Shown here: positions 1 through 9,680 of the stretch, one piece after another | Layout: the number at the start of each line of letters is the position of its first letter | Position numbering within the stretch: position 1 is the stretch's first letter | Assembly (NCBI GenBank): GCA_963666285.1 | Contig: OY762711.1 | Direction: 5' to 3' (one strand) | DNA: 64,000 nt | Origin: Sedimentisphaerales bacterium | GTDB lineage: Bacteria; Planctomycetota; Phycisphaerae; Sedimentisphaerales; SM23-30 | Made by a program: the position numbers and the translations under genes | The notes under the pieces: model-generated | The model's input: only the letters and a program-made list of their open reading frames with translations | What the model was told of the DNA's origin: nothing | Database searches by the model: none

Positions 1-2
1 GT

Positions 3-680
3 ACCCTGGAGAATTCTGCAGCAGTAATGGCCCTGGCAAAATACCAGATACAAAACCAGGGAGAAGAAGCTGTTTATAGCGGTGTGGTAAAGGTTGGCGA
101 TGGCAGAGAGCTTGCGTTTAGTAATGAAGCACCGCTGGTAGAGGAGTTTAAGGATTTTGGCCAGCCGATAACGGTTAGCAGCAGCGGTACCGGCAAAATA
201 TATATAGTGCGAGTTTCAGAAGGACAGGCTAAATCGGAGTTTTGTGAACCTTATGACAAGCGTATCTCGGTGAAGCGTAAATGGCTGGATAGGGACGGAA
301 AGGAAATCGATCCAGCGGGACTAAAGGTTGGCGACCTGGTGAAAGTGCAAATAGAACTAGCAAAAACAGAGGGAAGCTATGGTGAAATAGATAATATTGC
401 GATAGTGGATGCCTTACCGGCAGGGGTGGAAGTAGAGAATCCGCGGCTGGCGCAGAGTGCCGAAATTTACGGGTATGAGTCAAATACTGAAAATGCAGAT
501 TTCCAGGATGACCGTGTGATAATATTCTGCGGTCTTGACGATGCAAGTCGTGTGTTTAATTATTCGCTACGAGTGATTTCTGCCGGAGAGTTTGAGATAC
601 CACCGATCCAGGCATCGAGTATGTATAATTCCTCGATAGCATCGCTTGGTATGCCGGGCAGAATGAAGGCAGAGCCATGA
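3..680 (+). CDS. Bacterial alpha-2-macroglobulin family protein, C-terminal part (5'-truncated by window)
   Basis: Frame is open from base 3 (TLENSAAVMALAKY). C-terminal motifs NIAIVDALPAGVEVENP, DDRVIIF and GEFEIPPIQASSMY; stop overlaps pbpC start, the canonical a2M-pbpC pairing. Confidence 0.9.
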   Translation, partial: TLENSAAVMALAKYQIQNQGEEAVYSGVVKVGDGRELAFSNEAPLVEEFKDFGQPITVSSSGTGKIYIVRVSEGQAKSEFCEPYDKRISVKRKWLDRDGKEIDPAGLKVGDLVKVQIELAKTEGSYGEIDNIAIVDALPAGVEVENPRLAQSAEIYGYESNTENADFQDDRVIIFCGLDDASRVFNYSLRVISAGEFEIPPIQASSMYNSSIASLGMPGRMKAEP

Positions 681-2707
681 TGACGATTTCGGTAAAGAAG
701 TACAAAAAGCGTTTTATACGTCTTTGCATTCTGGCGGCAGTGATGTATGTTGTGCCGGTATTGCTGAATGCCCTGGCAAGCTGCATCTGGCCGTTTCCCG
801 ATGAACGTCTGGAATTATTCGAGGCGAGCCCCAGGGTTACCGATTGCAGCGGAAGTGATCTGATGGTTTTGGTGTCAGAGCAGCAGCAATGGTGTATGCC
901 GGTAGAGTATGATCAAATATGCAATTATGTTATAGATGCCACAATTGCGGTTGAGGATAGCCGATTTTACGATCATTGCGGAGTAGACTTTACGGCAGTA
1001 ATTCGGGCGGTCTGGCAGAATGTAACTCATATGAGAGTGGTTTCTGGTGCCAGTACACTGACAATGCAGATATGCCGGATGATAGATGACCGACCGCGTA
1101 CTTTGAAGAGTAAGGCGATAGAATCATTTCGAGCGAGGCAGCTGGAAAAGATCCGCGATAAGAGGGCGATTTTGACGACATATCTGAATTATGCTCCTTA
1201 TGGCGGTAATATTCGTGGAGTAGAGGCGGCCAGTTTGATGTATTTTTCCAAGAGGGCATCTGAGCTTTCGATAGCAGAGTCAGCTTTTTTGGCGGGTTTG
1301 CCGCAGGCACCGGCAGCATATAATCCGTATAAGCATTTATCCAGGGCGATAGAAAGGCAGCAATTTGTCTTGTTACGAATGTATGAATGTAATAGGATCG
1401 ACAGGGAGCAGTATGAGACTGCATTGGCGGAAAAGATAGAGATAAACCCCATCGAGCGGAAAATGACTGCCCCGCATGCAGCGTGGCTGGCTTTGAGGCA
1501 GAAGAAACATGGCGGAAAGACAACGATAAATAATAGTATTCAGAGCCAGGTAGAAGAGATTTGCGGCAGGTATCAGGATGAGCTTCCGGGTGAGAGTGAG
1601 GTTGCGATAGTAGTAATAGATATCGAAAAATCCGCAGTTGTCGCTATGGTGGGTTCTGGCGATGTTGATGATCCGAAAGACGGCCAGGTAAACGGTGCGG
1701 TTGCCAGACGCAGTCCGGGTTCAACACTGAAGCCGTTTATTTATGCTATGGCATTTGAGCAAAACAGATTGTCACCGGAAAGTATGTTGTATGATGTGCC
1801 GATATCCATTGCAGGATGGACACCGTCAAATTTTGACAAGAAATTTTATGGTGAATTACCAGCATCTGAAGCGTTGCGAAAATCATTGAATATACCAGCT
1901 ATCTGGGTAGCGAAATGTATGGGTGCAGGTAATTGTTATGAGCTGTTAAGGAATCTTGGGATACAGTTTTCGAGTGATATTGAGCAGCGAAGCGGGTTGT
2001 CATTCATTGTAGGCGGCTGTGAAGTGTCTTTGTTGGAGCTGACGAATGCATACGCAGTGTTTGGCAGAGGGGGTGTATATTCGAGCTGCTGTCTGTATGA
2101 AGATCAGCAGAGAGTTACCCGTAAGATATTCGCCCAGGGAGTATGTGACAATATAAACGAGATATTATCAAGTAAAAGCCGGGTGCCGGGCGGTTTAGCA
2201 AATGTCGAGTTGGATAATATGCCGTGGTTTACCTGGAAAACTGGTACCAGTTCCAGCAGAAGGGATGCCTGGTCGATCGGTCACAATAAGAAATATGCAA
2301 TTGGAGTGTGGGTCGGCAAATTCAGCGGTTCGGGCAGATATGAATATGTAGGAGCAAAAGCGGCAGAGCCTTTATTGTCGCGATTATTCAATAATCCTGT
2401 TTTGTGTAATAATGTAAAACAGGGAAAGACAGAAACAATCAGGGTGGTGAAAGCACTGCCTGTGCCGGTAAGCCTTGATAGTGAACTACATATAGTTTCC
2501 CCGGAAAATGGAGAGAATTTTATTGCGTATGACGGTAAAGTTGAGATTGTTCCAAAGGCGAACCAGGATGGTAAGCTGCACTGGTTGCTGAATGATGAAT
2601 ACCTGGCGATGGGGGAAAGGGCTTTATTGCTGGTTGCCGGTCAATACAGTCTGAAATGTGTAAATGACAGCGGCGAGGTAGCGGTTGTAAGTTTTGAGGT
2701 GAAGTGA
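677..2707 (+). CDS. pbpC: Penicillin-binding protein 1C (transglycosylase/transpeptidase)
   Basis: GT51 motifs EDSRFYDHCGVD and GASTLTMQ; transpeptidase motifs STLK, SLN and KTG; adjacent to a2M. Confidence 0.92.
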   Translation: MMTISVKKYKKRFIRLCILAAVMYVVPVLLNALASCIWPFPDERLELFEASPRVTDCSGSDLMVLVSEQQQWCMPVEYDQICNYVIDATIAVEDSRFYDHCGVDFTAVIRAVWQNVTHMRVVSGASTLTMQICRMIDDRPRTLKSKAIESFRARQLEKIRDKRAILTTYLNYAPYGGNIRGVEAASLMYFSKRASELSIAESAFLAGLPQAPAAYNPYKHLSRAIERQQFVLLRMYECNRIDREQYETALAEKIEINPIERKMTAPHAAWLALRQKKHGGKTTINNSIQSQVEEICGRYQDELPGESEVAIVVIDIEKSAVVAMVGSGDVDDPKDGQVNGAVARRSPGSTLKPFIYAMAFEQNRLSPESMLYDVPISIAGWTPSNFDKKFYGELPASEALRKSLNIPAIWVAKCMGAGNCYELLRNLGIQFSSDIEQRSGLSFIVGGCEVSLLELTNAYAVFGRGGVYSSCCLYEDQQRVTRKIFAQGVCDNINEILSSKSRVPGGLANVELDNMPWFTWKTGTSSSRRDAWSIGHNKKYAIGVWVGKFSGSGRYEYVGAKAAEPLLSRLFNNPVLCNNVKQGKTETIRVVKALPVPVSLDSELHIVSPENGENFIAYDGKVEIVPKANQDGKLHWLLNDEYLAMGERALLLVAGQYSLKCVNDSGEVAVVSFEVK

Positions 2708-2896
2708 AATAGAATAGTTTGAAGCCATTGAGATCTTTTTGGGCCTGCCATTAGCGTGGTTTTAGTTTTGTGCAGGAGAATGGATTTGTGAATAAGATTG
2801 ATTTTTGTATGATGGCTGATATAATCTAAAAGGTAAGCTGGCATTTAGTCGGCATAGCATAGAGAAAAGTTATAAGTCTAACAGAATGGGGCGTTT

Positions 2897-3778
2897 ATGT
2901 CAGGCAAGAAATCACCACCCGCATTATACGAGCTTTATCATAAAGGTAAAAAATCGCGTGGCGGTCTTTTTGGTCGTCGTAAAAAGCTGAATATCCAGAA
3001 TGCCTATGATATACCGGCAGTACCTGCGCCTGGCTCATCGCAGCCGGCAGGTTCTGTGAAAAAGCCATTGGCAAGTTATCCGACAACTCCAGCGGATGTT
3101 TCTCCTGTTGACGATGGTGAAGATGATAGTAATTTGAGTTTTGAGGTTGATTACGGTCGGATTACTATGGTAATGCCTGTGTGGTTGTTTGTTATGCTGG
3201 TGTTGGCGGTTTTGACATCGCTGTTGGCAGCGTATAAGGTTGGTATGACTGCTAATATTGGTAAAAAAGCTGTTGTTGATGAATCTGCAGGTAGTGATAA
3301 TACCGAGATGGTTGAAGATAACAGTCGCTTGGATGCCGAGCCAAGTCCGGAGATGATAGCGGCGTTGAATTCGGATCCTATTACCGGACTGGTACAGAAT
3401 TCAGAGGTATTGGAAAGCAATAATGCCAATACAGCAGGTAATGCTGAGCCTGTGGAGGAAAGGCCGGTAAGATGTCTGATTGTGTATGGCGGTGAAACAG
3501 ACCTAACGAAACTGAAATATGTACAGGATTATTTCAAGTCCCAGGGAATGGAGCTTGAGATTGTAAAGAGGAGTGGCACTCGAGGTTATATACTGGTGAC
3601 TAAGTCAGGGTTTGTGAGCTCACGCGATGAAGATTGTATCAGGTTGAAATCCAAAATATTATCGATAGGTAAGAGTTATATTGTTAACTGGAAAAGCGGC
3701 TGGCCTCGCATAAATGAACGAACGTTTGATTCTGCATATCCGATAGATACGAGCAAGCTGGAATATGACTGGCGTTGA
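2897..3778 (+). CDS. Hypothetical single-pass membrane protein (acidic linker, possible SPOR-like C-terminal domain)
   Basis: 293-aa ORF with a basic N-terminus, one hydrophobic helix, a low-complexity linker and a compact C-terminal domain. The SPOR-like call is tentative. Confidence 0.6.
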   Translation: MSGKKSPPALYELYHKGKKSRGGLFGRRKKLNIQNAYDIPAVPAPGSSQPAGSVKKPLASYPTTPADVSPVDDGEDDSNLSFEVDYGRITMVMPVWLFVMLVLAVLTSLLAAYKVGMTANIGKKAVVDESAGSDNTEMVEDNSRLDAEPSPEMIAALNSDPITGLVQNSEVLESNNANTAGNAEPVEERPVRCLIVYGGETDLTKLKYVQDYFKSQGMELEIVKRSGTRGYILVTKSGFVSSRDEDCIRLKSKILSIGKSYIVNWKSGWPRINERTFDSAYPIDTSKLEYDWR

Positions 3779-3803
3779 TTAACGGGCAGATCTCATAATA
3801 GTA

Positions 3804-5084
3804 ATGGTCATGTTAAGGGTAATTTGTTTTTTATTTTTGCTGGTTTTGCCGGTTTATGGCGGCAAGGTAGTGAATGTCTATTTTTGCGGAACGGCAATGA
3901 CCAGTCAGTGGAGTGATCCGAATGTATCTGGATTTGCGAGCCCGGAACTGATCGCTGAGCTGTATAAAAATGATATGGCAGATCCGAATTTGGCCAATCC
4001 GTGTTCGACGCATTATAAATTGATAGTAGATGGGATAGGGACTGGATCGAATTATTCGATAATAGATTTATTTGGTCAGGGTTTTCCTGATACTGACAGT
4101 ATAAGAGGGTGGAAGGAGTGCCTGGAAGAGTCGAAGTCTTGTTTGTCTGAAGCGGTTTCGTCGGGAGTTTTGGGAGAAGGCCGGTTGACTTTGAACCTTG
4201 TGGGTTTTAGCCGAGGCGGTATATTGTGTATGATGCTTGCACGTGATCTTGATGGCAAGCTAAGATATCTGGAGCTTGATGTTAATATTCTGGCGTACGA
4301 TCCTGTGCCTGGAATCAATCCTCTGCAATGGCCGGAGGGTACTATAACGGCACTGCGTGGCGCTGATGTACTGCCTGATAGTGTGAGGATGTATGTTGGG
4401 GTGTATGCCAGTGATGAGCGTTCGTATCAGTTTGAGCCGCTAGTTCCTAAGTTGAGCTCTGGTACGGAAAAATGGCTGGTGAGACTGCGAGGAGCTCATG
4501 AAACGATAGCAGGTAATATGCAGGCTGATGGCCATTGCATAAGTTCGATACCGCCGGATTATAATATTGGCGGATATCTCAAAGGTGAGGTTTTTGAGAA
4601 TGAACTGGGGTCGATTAGTACGATATCCAAGGCGATTGGCCAGGAGCTGTTATGCTCTGCAGGCTGGGGTCAGAATACTTTTACCAGTGAAGGTTTGTGG
4701 TATAACGACCGCGAAAATCGTGAAGAAGAATTCAGAAGGGCTGTTGGTATTATGACGGCATACCCGGAAGAAAAATATGAAGAGATGCAGCGTACGGTAG
4801 TTGCGGTAGGGTGGAGCAGCTATAACTGGTATTATTACAGGTGTGAAAATGAGTATGTTTCGGAACCGTATGCATTGTGGTCAGATAAATACGGCCGATT
4901 TTGTTATGCAGGCGGTAGAAGGAGTGAGGCGGGATTTAAGCTGCCGGCATTGCCAGCAAATCATAACCTTGTATTTGAGTTGGAAGATGAGGTTATGCTG
5001 ATAGATAGAGAAGAAGGGTGGAATAAACTTCGTCAGCTAGCGGAATTGAGTATGGAGAATCATAAAATAATCGATCGGAAATAA
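3804..5084 (+). CDS. Secreted alpha/beta-hydrolase-fold protein (GFSRG nucleophile elbow; Tle1/DUF5621-like)
   Basis: Signal peptide, then VYFCGT, LNLVGFSRGG, AYDPVPG and LRGAHET (candidate Ser-Asp-His triad). Confidence 0.65.
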   Translation: MVMLRVICFLFLLVLPVYGGKVVNVYFCGTAMTSQWSDPNVSGFASPELIAELYKNDMADPNLANPCSTHYKLIVDGIGTGSNYSIIDLFGQGFPDTDSIRGWKECLEESKSCLSEAVSSGVLGEGRLTLNLVGFSRGGILCMMLARDLDGKLRYLELDVNILAYDPVPGINPLQWPEGTITALRGADVLPDSVRMYVGVYASDERSYQFEPLVPKLSSGTEKWLVRLRGAHETIAGNMQADGHCISSIPPDYNIGGYLKGEVFENELGSISTISKAIGQELLCSAGWGQNTFTSEGLWYNDRENREEEFRRAVGIMTAYPEEKYEEMQRTVVAVGWSSYNWYYYRCENEYVSEPYALWSDKYGRFCYAGGRRSEAGFKLPALPANHNLVFELEDEVMLIDREEGWNKLRQLAELSMENHKIIDRK

Positions 5085-5094
5085 TACAGAAAAA

Positions 5095-5334
5095 CTATGC
5101 GACGACAGGTTCTCTTTGTTTGCCGAGTTTGTATAACCTGGCGGTGATGAGAATATGTTGAAGTTTTTCCAGACTGAGGGTGTCTAAAAAATCCTTATTG
5201 AAGTCCAGTTTAACCGGTCCGTCGAATTCCAGAATTTCTTTTTTGACCTTACCAAGCGGCATATCTTCCACTTCTTGAGCAATTTGAGCGAAAACCGGAG
5301 GGATTTTAACTTTTCCAATTACTGCGCTTGTCAT
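5095..5334 (-). CDS. Small hypothetical protein
   Basis: 79-aa ORF with AAGGA RBS upstream, convergent with the preceding gene; helical-looking sequence LDFNKDFLDTLSLEKLQHIL. Confidence 0.65.
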   Translation of the reverse strand: MTSAVIGKVKIPPVFAQIAQEVEDMPLGKVKKEILEFDGPVKLDFNKDFLDTLSLEKLQHILITARLYKLGKQREPVVA

Positions 5335-5480
5335 TATAGGACTATTCCTTCTTGTAAGATTAACTTGACACTATTCTTCTCGTATTCCGCTATTTTTTGT
5401 CATAAAAGTATAACACAGCAGGTTTGCTAACCTATGATATCACAATATCTTGCAAGATGTTATGGCTTTTACTGTTGCTA

Positions 5481-5508
5481 TTATCGGGCAAACGATAGCA
5501 GATGATGA
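5481..5508 (-). promoter_or_regulatory. Possible sigma28-type promoter (TCAT-N16-CCCGATAA)
   Basis: Minus strand reads tcatcatctgctatcgtttgcccgataa upstream of the 79-aa gene; the -10 matches GCCGATAA at 7/8. Confidence 0.3.
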
Positions 5509-5624
5509 ATAAAAAATTGTTAAAAACCAAGAAGGTTGAATTGGATCTTATCGCAGGGGAAATGAATTAACAGTTCGAGAATTTTGCAAATGCGCTAGGA
5601 GTGAATAACCCTGACGGGAAAGAT

Positions 5625-5679
5625 AAAGAGCGAAAGACTCTGGTAGTCGCTCTTGTTGGAAAGGAGTGTAAAAAATGAG
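5625..5679 (-). repeat. Copy 1 of duplicated 3' element (terminator hairpin plus anti-SD/anti-AUG tract) downstream of a PEP-CTERM gene
   Basis: aaagagcgaaagactctggtagtcgctcttgttggaaaggagtgtaaaaaatgag, near-identical to 6821-6873; stem aagagcga/tcgctctt. Confidence 0.8.
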
Positions 5680-5708
5680 TATAGTTTATATAGCTGAAAT
5701 TCATCAGC

Positions 5709-6404
5709 TTAAGTGGTCTTTTTCTTTCTGAACATTATCAGAGCACCGAGTCCGGCAATAGCAACAGTTGCAGGTTCCGGAATAGCACATTTTGAAGCGT
5801 CCATAAGAGTTGTGCTGAAATTGTCAAAGGCTAGTGTCTGGTCACTGTATTTGCTACCGGTAAAGACAAAAGCTATATAGCTATAATTTTGGGTTTGACT
5901 TTCTGAAAGATCAAACGAGCTGCCAAAAGTGTCCCATGTCATATTACCAGTACCGGCACTTGGGTATTCCTGGCTAATAATCGTAGAATAACCGTTCTTT
6001 TTGCCCCATATACCCTGATTGAGCATTACGTTCTGGTTATCAGTGAGCAGATAAACCTGACCGTAGTTGTACTGGTTGTTGTAATTGTTGTACAGGGTGT
6101 CAATTGACCAGGAATGCGAGCCAACCATACTATCATCCAATTCAAATGCAATCATAACAGAGTTAACAGAATTTGCAACTCTGCGTGAGTTTCCATTGGA
6201 TGATTCAGTAAGTATAGCTGAGCCATCATTGATAGTAAAGTCTGAACCGTACCATTGACCTGTGCTATCAGATCCGGCGGTCCATTTGTTCGTATCAGTA
6301 ATAGAAACACCGCTGTCAAATTCCAGCAGCCCAGCATTAGCTAAGCTACAAAAAGTCATTACGAAAGTTGCGATTGCAAGAGACAAAACGCGATTTTTTG
6401 GCAT
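5709..6404 (-). CDS. PEP-CTERM sorting-domain surface protein
   Basis: Signal peptide (ANA-G); C-terminal IPEPATVAIAGLGALIMFRKKK (PEP, TM helix, basic tail). Confidence 0.92.
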   Translation of the reverse strand: MPKNRVLSLAIATFVMTFCSLANAGLLEFDSGVSITDTNKWTAGSDSTGQWYGSDFTINDGSAILTESSNGNSRRVANSVNSVMIAFELDDSMVGSHSWSIDTLYNNYNNQYNYGQVYLLTDNQNVMLNQGIWGKKNGYSTIISQEYPSAGTGNMTWDTFGSSFDLSESQTQNYSYIAFVFTGSKYSDQTLAFDNFSTTLMDASKCAIPEPATVAIAGLGALIMFRKKKTT

Positions 6405-6820
6405 ATATTCTTCTCCTTATACAAAACAATATTTCCCGATCAATTATCATGCCGGGGTTAAATCACTTAGTGAAAGGTACTATTTAAATAAATCAGCGGC
6501 AAGCCTGAATGTAATTTGTTTGTATAAAAACGATTAAATGAAACACTTATTATCGTTACCGGTAGTAATAAAGTATCTAAGTTACCAATCATTACTTTTT
6601 ATAACAGCCTGATTATTCAGTGTCAGAGGTATTAGTTATTGGGTATCAGGTAAGGATTGTCGCAAAGCGGCATACTATTATAAGTTTAAATATAACGAAT
6701 TTATTTACAATGTGTTAGGGTTAAAACAAAGTTTAAAATCGTTCACTTCGAGTAAGTAATTATAAGTTTGGGTTGTATTGAATTTGACAATTATAACGAT
6801 TATGATGGTGGTGGAATGTA

Positions 6821-6873
6821 AAAGAGCGAAGACTCTGTTAGTCGCTCTTTTGGGAAAGGAGTATAAAAATGAG
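6821..6873 (-). repeat. Copy 2 of duplicated 3' element downstream of a PEP-CTERM gene
   Basis: aaagagcgaagactctgttagtcgctcttttgggaaaggagtataaaaatgag. Confidence 0.8.
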
Positions 6874-6885
6874 AACTTAATGTTG

Positions 6886-7605
6886 TTAAGCATTATTTGA
6901 TTTTTTAACTGGGTGAGCTGTTTTTCTAAAGAGCAGCAGCAGGCCAAGTCCGGCGATAGCTACGGTAGCCGGTTCCGGAGTTTCGTATTCCAGGTTTTCG
7001 TATATGCCTGGTGAGAAGTTATCAAACATCATAACCTGGCTGGTGTGTTTACTGCCGGTAAAGGCAAATACTATGTAGTTGAAGGTGTCAACGTCATTCT
7101 GGCTAATATCATAGGTGCTGCCATAAGTGTTCCAGTTCAGGTTGTCTGAGCCAGGTAAAGCCTGTTGGCTGCTAATAAGGGAAGCTCCCAGGGGAGGCTT
7201 GTTCCATATGTCTTTGTTGAGTTTTAATATCTGGCCGATATTAAGCAGGAATACCTGTCCGTAGTTGTACTGGGTGTCATAGTCACTGAACAAAGAGTCG
7301 ATATGCCAGTTATGGGTGCCGATAAGGCCAGAGCTGAGTTCCAAGGCAAATAGAATAGAGTTGACACCTGTCCTGGCCAGCATTGATGTATTACCTAATG
7401 AAGTCTCAGTGAGTTCGGCATATCCGTCAGATGCCGTGAAATTAGAGCCGTACCATTGTTCTGTAAGGCCGGTTCCTGCTGTCCATTGGGAGGTATCTGT
7501 AATGACGGTACCGGGGTCAAAAGTGAATAATCCTGCTGAAATATTAGAAGTGATTGTTCCAATCAGGATAACGATAATCAGAATTGTGTGTTTTACGGTT
7601 GGCAT
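6886..7605 (-). CDS. PEP-CTERM surface protein, tandem paralog of 5709-6404
   Basis: Start moved to ATG 7605 (AGGAG RBS). TPEPATVAIAGLGLLLLFRK tail; shares WTAG, QWYGS, YNYGQV and FTGSK blocks with its neighbour. Confidence 0.9.
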   Translation of the reverse strand: MPTVKHTILIIVILIGTITSNISAGLFTFDPGTVITDTSQWTAGTGLTEQWYGSNFTASDGYAELTETSLGNTSMLARTGVNSILFALELSSGLIGTHNWHIDSLFSDYDTQYNYGQVFLLNIGQILKLNKDIWNKPPLGASLISSQQALPGSDNLNWNTYGSTYDISQNDVDTFNYIVFAFTGSKHTSQVMMFDNFSPGIYENLEYETPEPATVAIAGLGLLLLFRKTAHPVKKSNNA

Positions 7606-7910
7606 AACTTCATCTCCTATATAAGGTGTTAGAAGAAAAACCTTACCTTTTCTACCAGAAAAATAATATTTAAATGGTAATTTGAGCAATGGAAAAATTG
7701 CAGGAAATTGGAAAGAGAACGGCAGGTTAAAAAAGTTAATGAGAATTGGTGTTATAAGTTTCCCAGTTTGTCAAAAATGGTGAAGATGTTCGGAAGTTCA
7801 TTTTCAGGTAAAATAGAAAAGGTTTGCTATTTGGGATTATCATAATAAAATAATTATATCCGGCAAGAGTATAGTCGGCAGGTGAAGATATAAGATTTTG
7901 GAGATAAAAA

Positions 7911-9299
7911 GTGTTTTCTGAAGAGGTATATAAATCACGTCGGCAAAAGCTGGCCGAGCAGATAGGCAGCGGGGTACTGGTTTTTCCCGGTAACGGCTGC
8001 AGTGCAATTAATTATAAAGGAAACTGCTACCGGTTCAGGCAGGATAGTACATTTTTGTATTATTTCGGGGTTGACTGGCCCGGTCTGGCCGGTATGATCG
8101 ATATCGATAATGATTCGCATATGATCTTTGGCGATGATCCAACGGTGGATGATACGGTCTGGACAGGTCCGGAGCCAACAATAGCCGAGAGGAGCGAGCA
8201 TAGTGGTATAAGCAGGACGGCACCGCTATATGAGCTGTCATCATATTCCAGGCAGGTATTGAGCAGCGGCAGGGCGATACATTTACTGCCGTTTTACCGG
8301 GACGAGCACAAGGTAAATGCTGCCCAGTGGCTGGGGGTTCCGACAGATGCGGTTGCAGATTTCATTTCGGTGGATTTTATAAAGGCAGTGGCAGGTCAGC
8401 GTAATATCAAGACCGAAGAAGAGATCGAGCAGATAGAGCTGGCTGTTGATTTAACCGGCAATATGCAGCTGGCAGCAATGGAGCTTACCGCAAACGGCAT
8501 ATTCGAGTTTGAGGTAGCGGCTGAGCTTGAAGCTGTTTTGACTTCTTACGGCAGTGCGATTTCGTTTCAGCCGATATTTTCAGTTCGGGGCGAGATTCTG
8601 CATAACCCATATTACAGGAACCAGATGTTTGATGGTCAGCTGGCATTATGTGATTGCGGGGCAGAGTCTCCGCTGCATTATGCGGGCGATATAACGCGTA
8701 CATTTCCGGTTAGCGGCAAGTTTACCGAGCAGCAGAAAGAAATATATTCTATAGTACTGAATTCGCAGTTGGATGCGATCGAGATGGTCAAGCCGGGAGC
8801 AGCGTTTCGCGAGATACATTTGCTGGCCTGTGAGAGGTTGGCGCATGGGCTAAAGTACCTGGGTTTAATGAAAGGTGATATTGTAGAGGCTGTTGCCAGG
8901 GGAGCACATGCATTGTTTTTCCCTTGCGGGCTTGGTCATATGATGGGTCTGGACGTGCATGATATGGAGGGTCTTGGCGAACATTATGTAGGTTACGGCG
9001 ATATACCGCGAAGTACCCAGTTTGGCCTGAAGTCGTTAAGGCTGGCGAAAGAACTTGAAGTTGGTAATGTTGTTACTGTAGAGCCTGGAGTATATTTCAT
9101 GCCTCATCTGATTGATAAATGGAAGAGTGAGAAGAAGTTTGAAGAATACATCTGTTATGAAAAGCTGGAAGACTATTATGATTTCGGCGGAGTACGGATA
9201 GAAGATGATGTACTTGTTACAGAGGGTGGAAACCGGATACTGGGAGCGTCAATACCAAAGACGATAAAGGAAGTAGAAGAGGCATGTGTAGCGGAATAG
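7911..9299 (+). CDS. pepP: Xaa-Pro aminopeptidase (M24B)
   Basis: YRFRQDSTFLY N-domain, DITRTFP, GHMMGLDVHD, TVEPG and GVRIEDD. Confidence 0.92.
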   Translation: MFSEEVYKSRRQKLAEQIGSGVLVFPGNGCSAINYKGNCYRFRQDSTFLYYFGVDWPGLAGMIDIDNDSHMIFGDDPTVDDTVWTGPEPTIAERSEHSGISRTAPLYELSSYSRQVLSSGRAIHLLPFYRDEHKVNAAQWLGVPTDAVADFISVDFIKAVAGQRNIKTEEEIEQIELAVDLTGNMQLAAMELTANGIFEFEVAAELEAVLTSYGSAISFQPIFSVRGEILHNPYYRNQMFDGQLALCDCGAESPLHYAGDITRTFPVSGKFTEQQKEIYSIVLNSQLDAIEMVKPGAAFREIHLLACERLAHGLKYLGLMKGDIVEAVARGAHALFFPCGLGHMMGLDVHDMEGLGEHYVGYGDIPRSTQFGLKSLRLAKELEVGNVVTVEPGVYFMPHLIDKWKSEKKFEEYICYEKLEDYYDFGGVRIEDDVLVTEGGNRILGASIPKTIKEVEEACVAE

Positions 9300-9335
9300 A
9301 AAGGATTACCGTTTTTTTTACGAAAGGGTATTGAA

Positions 9336-9608
9336 ATGAAGTATGGTAAGTTATTTCTGTTAGTGGTTAGTGTAGTGCTGATAGCAGGCTGCGGCGGTCG
9401 ATACCAGACATATAAGCTGATAGAAGGCGAGGTGTCGGAAGAACGTTTTGAAAATAATACTGCTCAGAACTCAACAGAAGAAGGCAAGCATGAGCATGAA
9501 ATGGAAGTTACCAGGTATGTACTGGTTGACAGGTTAACAGGCAAACTTTTCTACTTTAATGAACTTCAAGGTGAGATCAACATCTGCGATCCAAAGAGGA
9601 TGGAATAA
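9336..9608 (+). CDS. Small lipoprotein, unknown function
   Basis: Lipobox IAGC after a hydrophobic signal; GAAAGG RBS. Confidence 0.7.
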   Translation: MKYGKLFLLVVSVVLIAGCGGRYQTYKLIEGEVSEERFENNTAQNSTEEGKHEHEMEVTRYVLVDRLTGKLFYFNELQGEINICDPKRME

Positions 9609-9611
9609 AAA

Positions 9612-9658
9612 TACCCGGTCGAAATCTTGCTACTATAACATAGAATTAAGGCCGGGTA
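9612..9658. terminator. Probable bidirectional terminator between convergent genes
   Basis: Inverted repeat tacccggtc/ggccgggta flanked by A and T runs. Confidence 0.45.
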
Positions 9659-9680
9659 AGTATTTTTATATTATCGAATG

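Noticed and set aside
5675..6880. Antisense small ORFs starting from the AAGGAG...ATG in the duplicated 3' elements
   Set aside because: Peptides are not conserved between copies (copy 2 stops after MRT).
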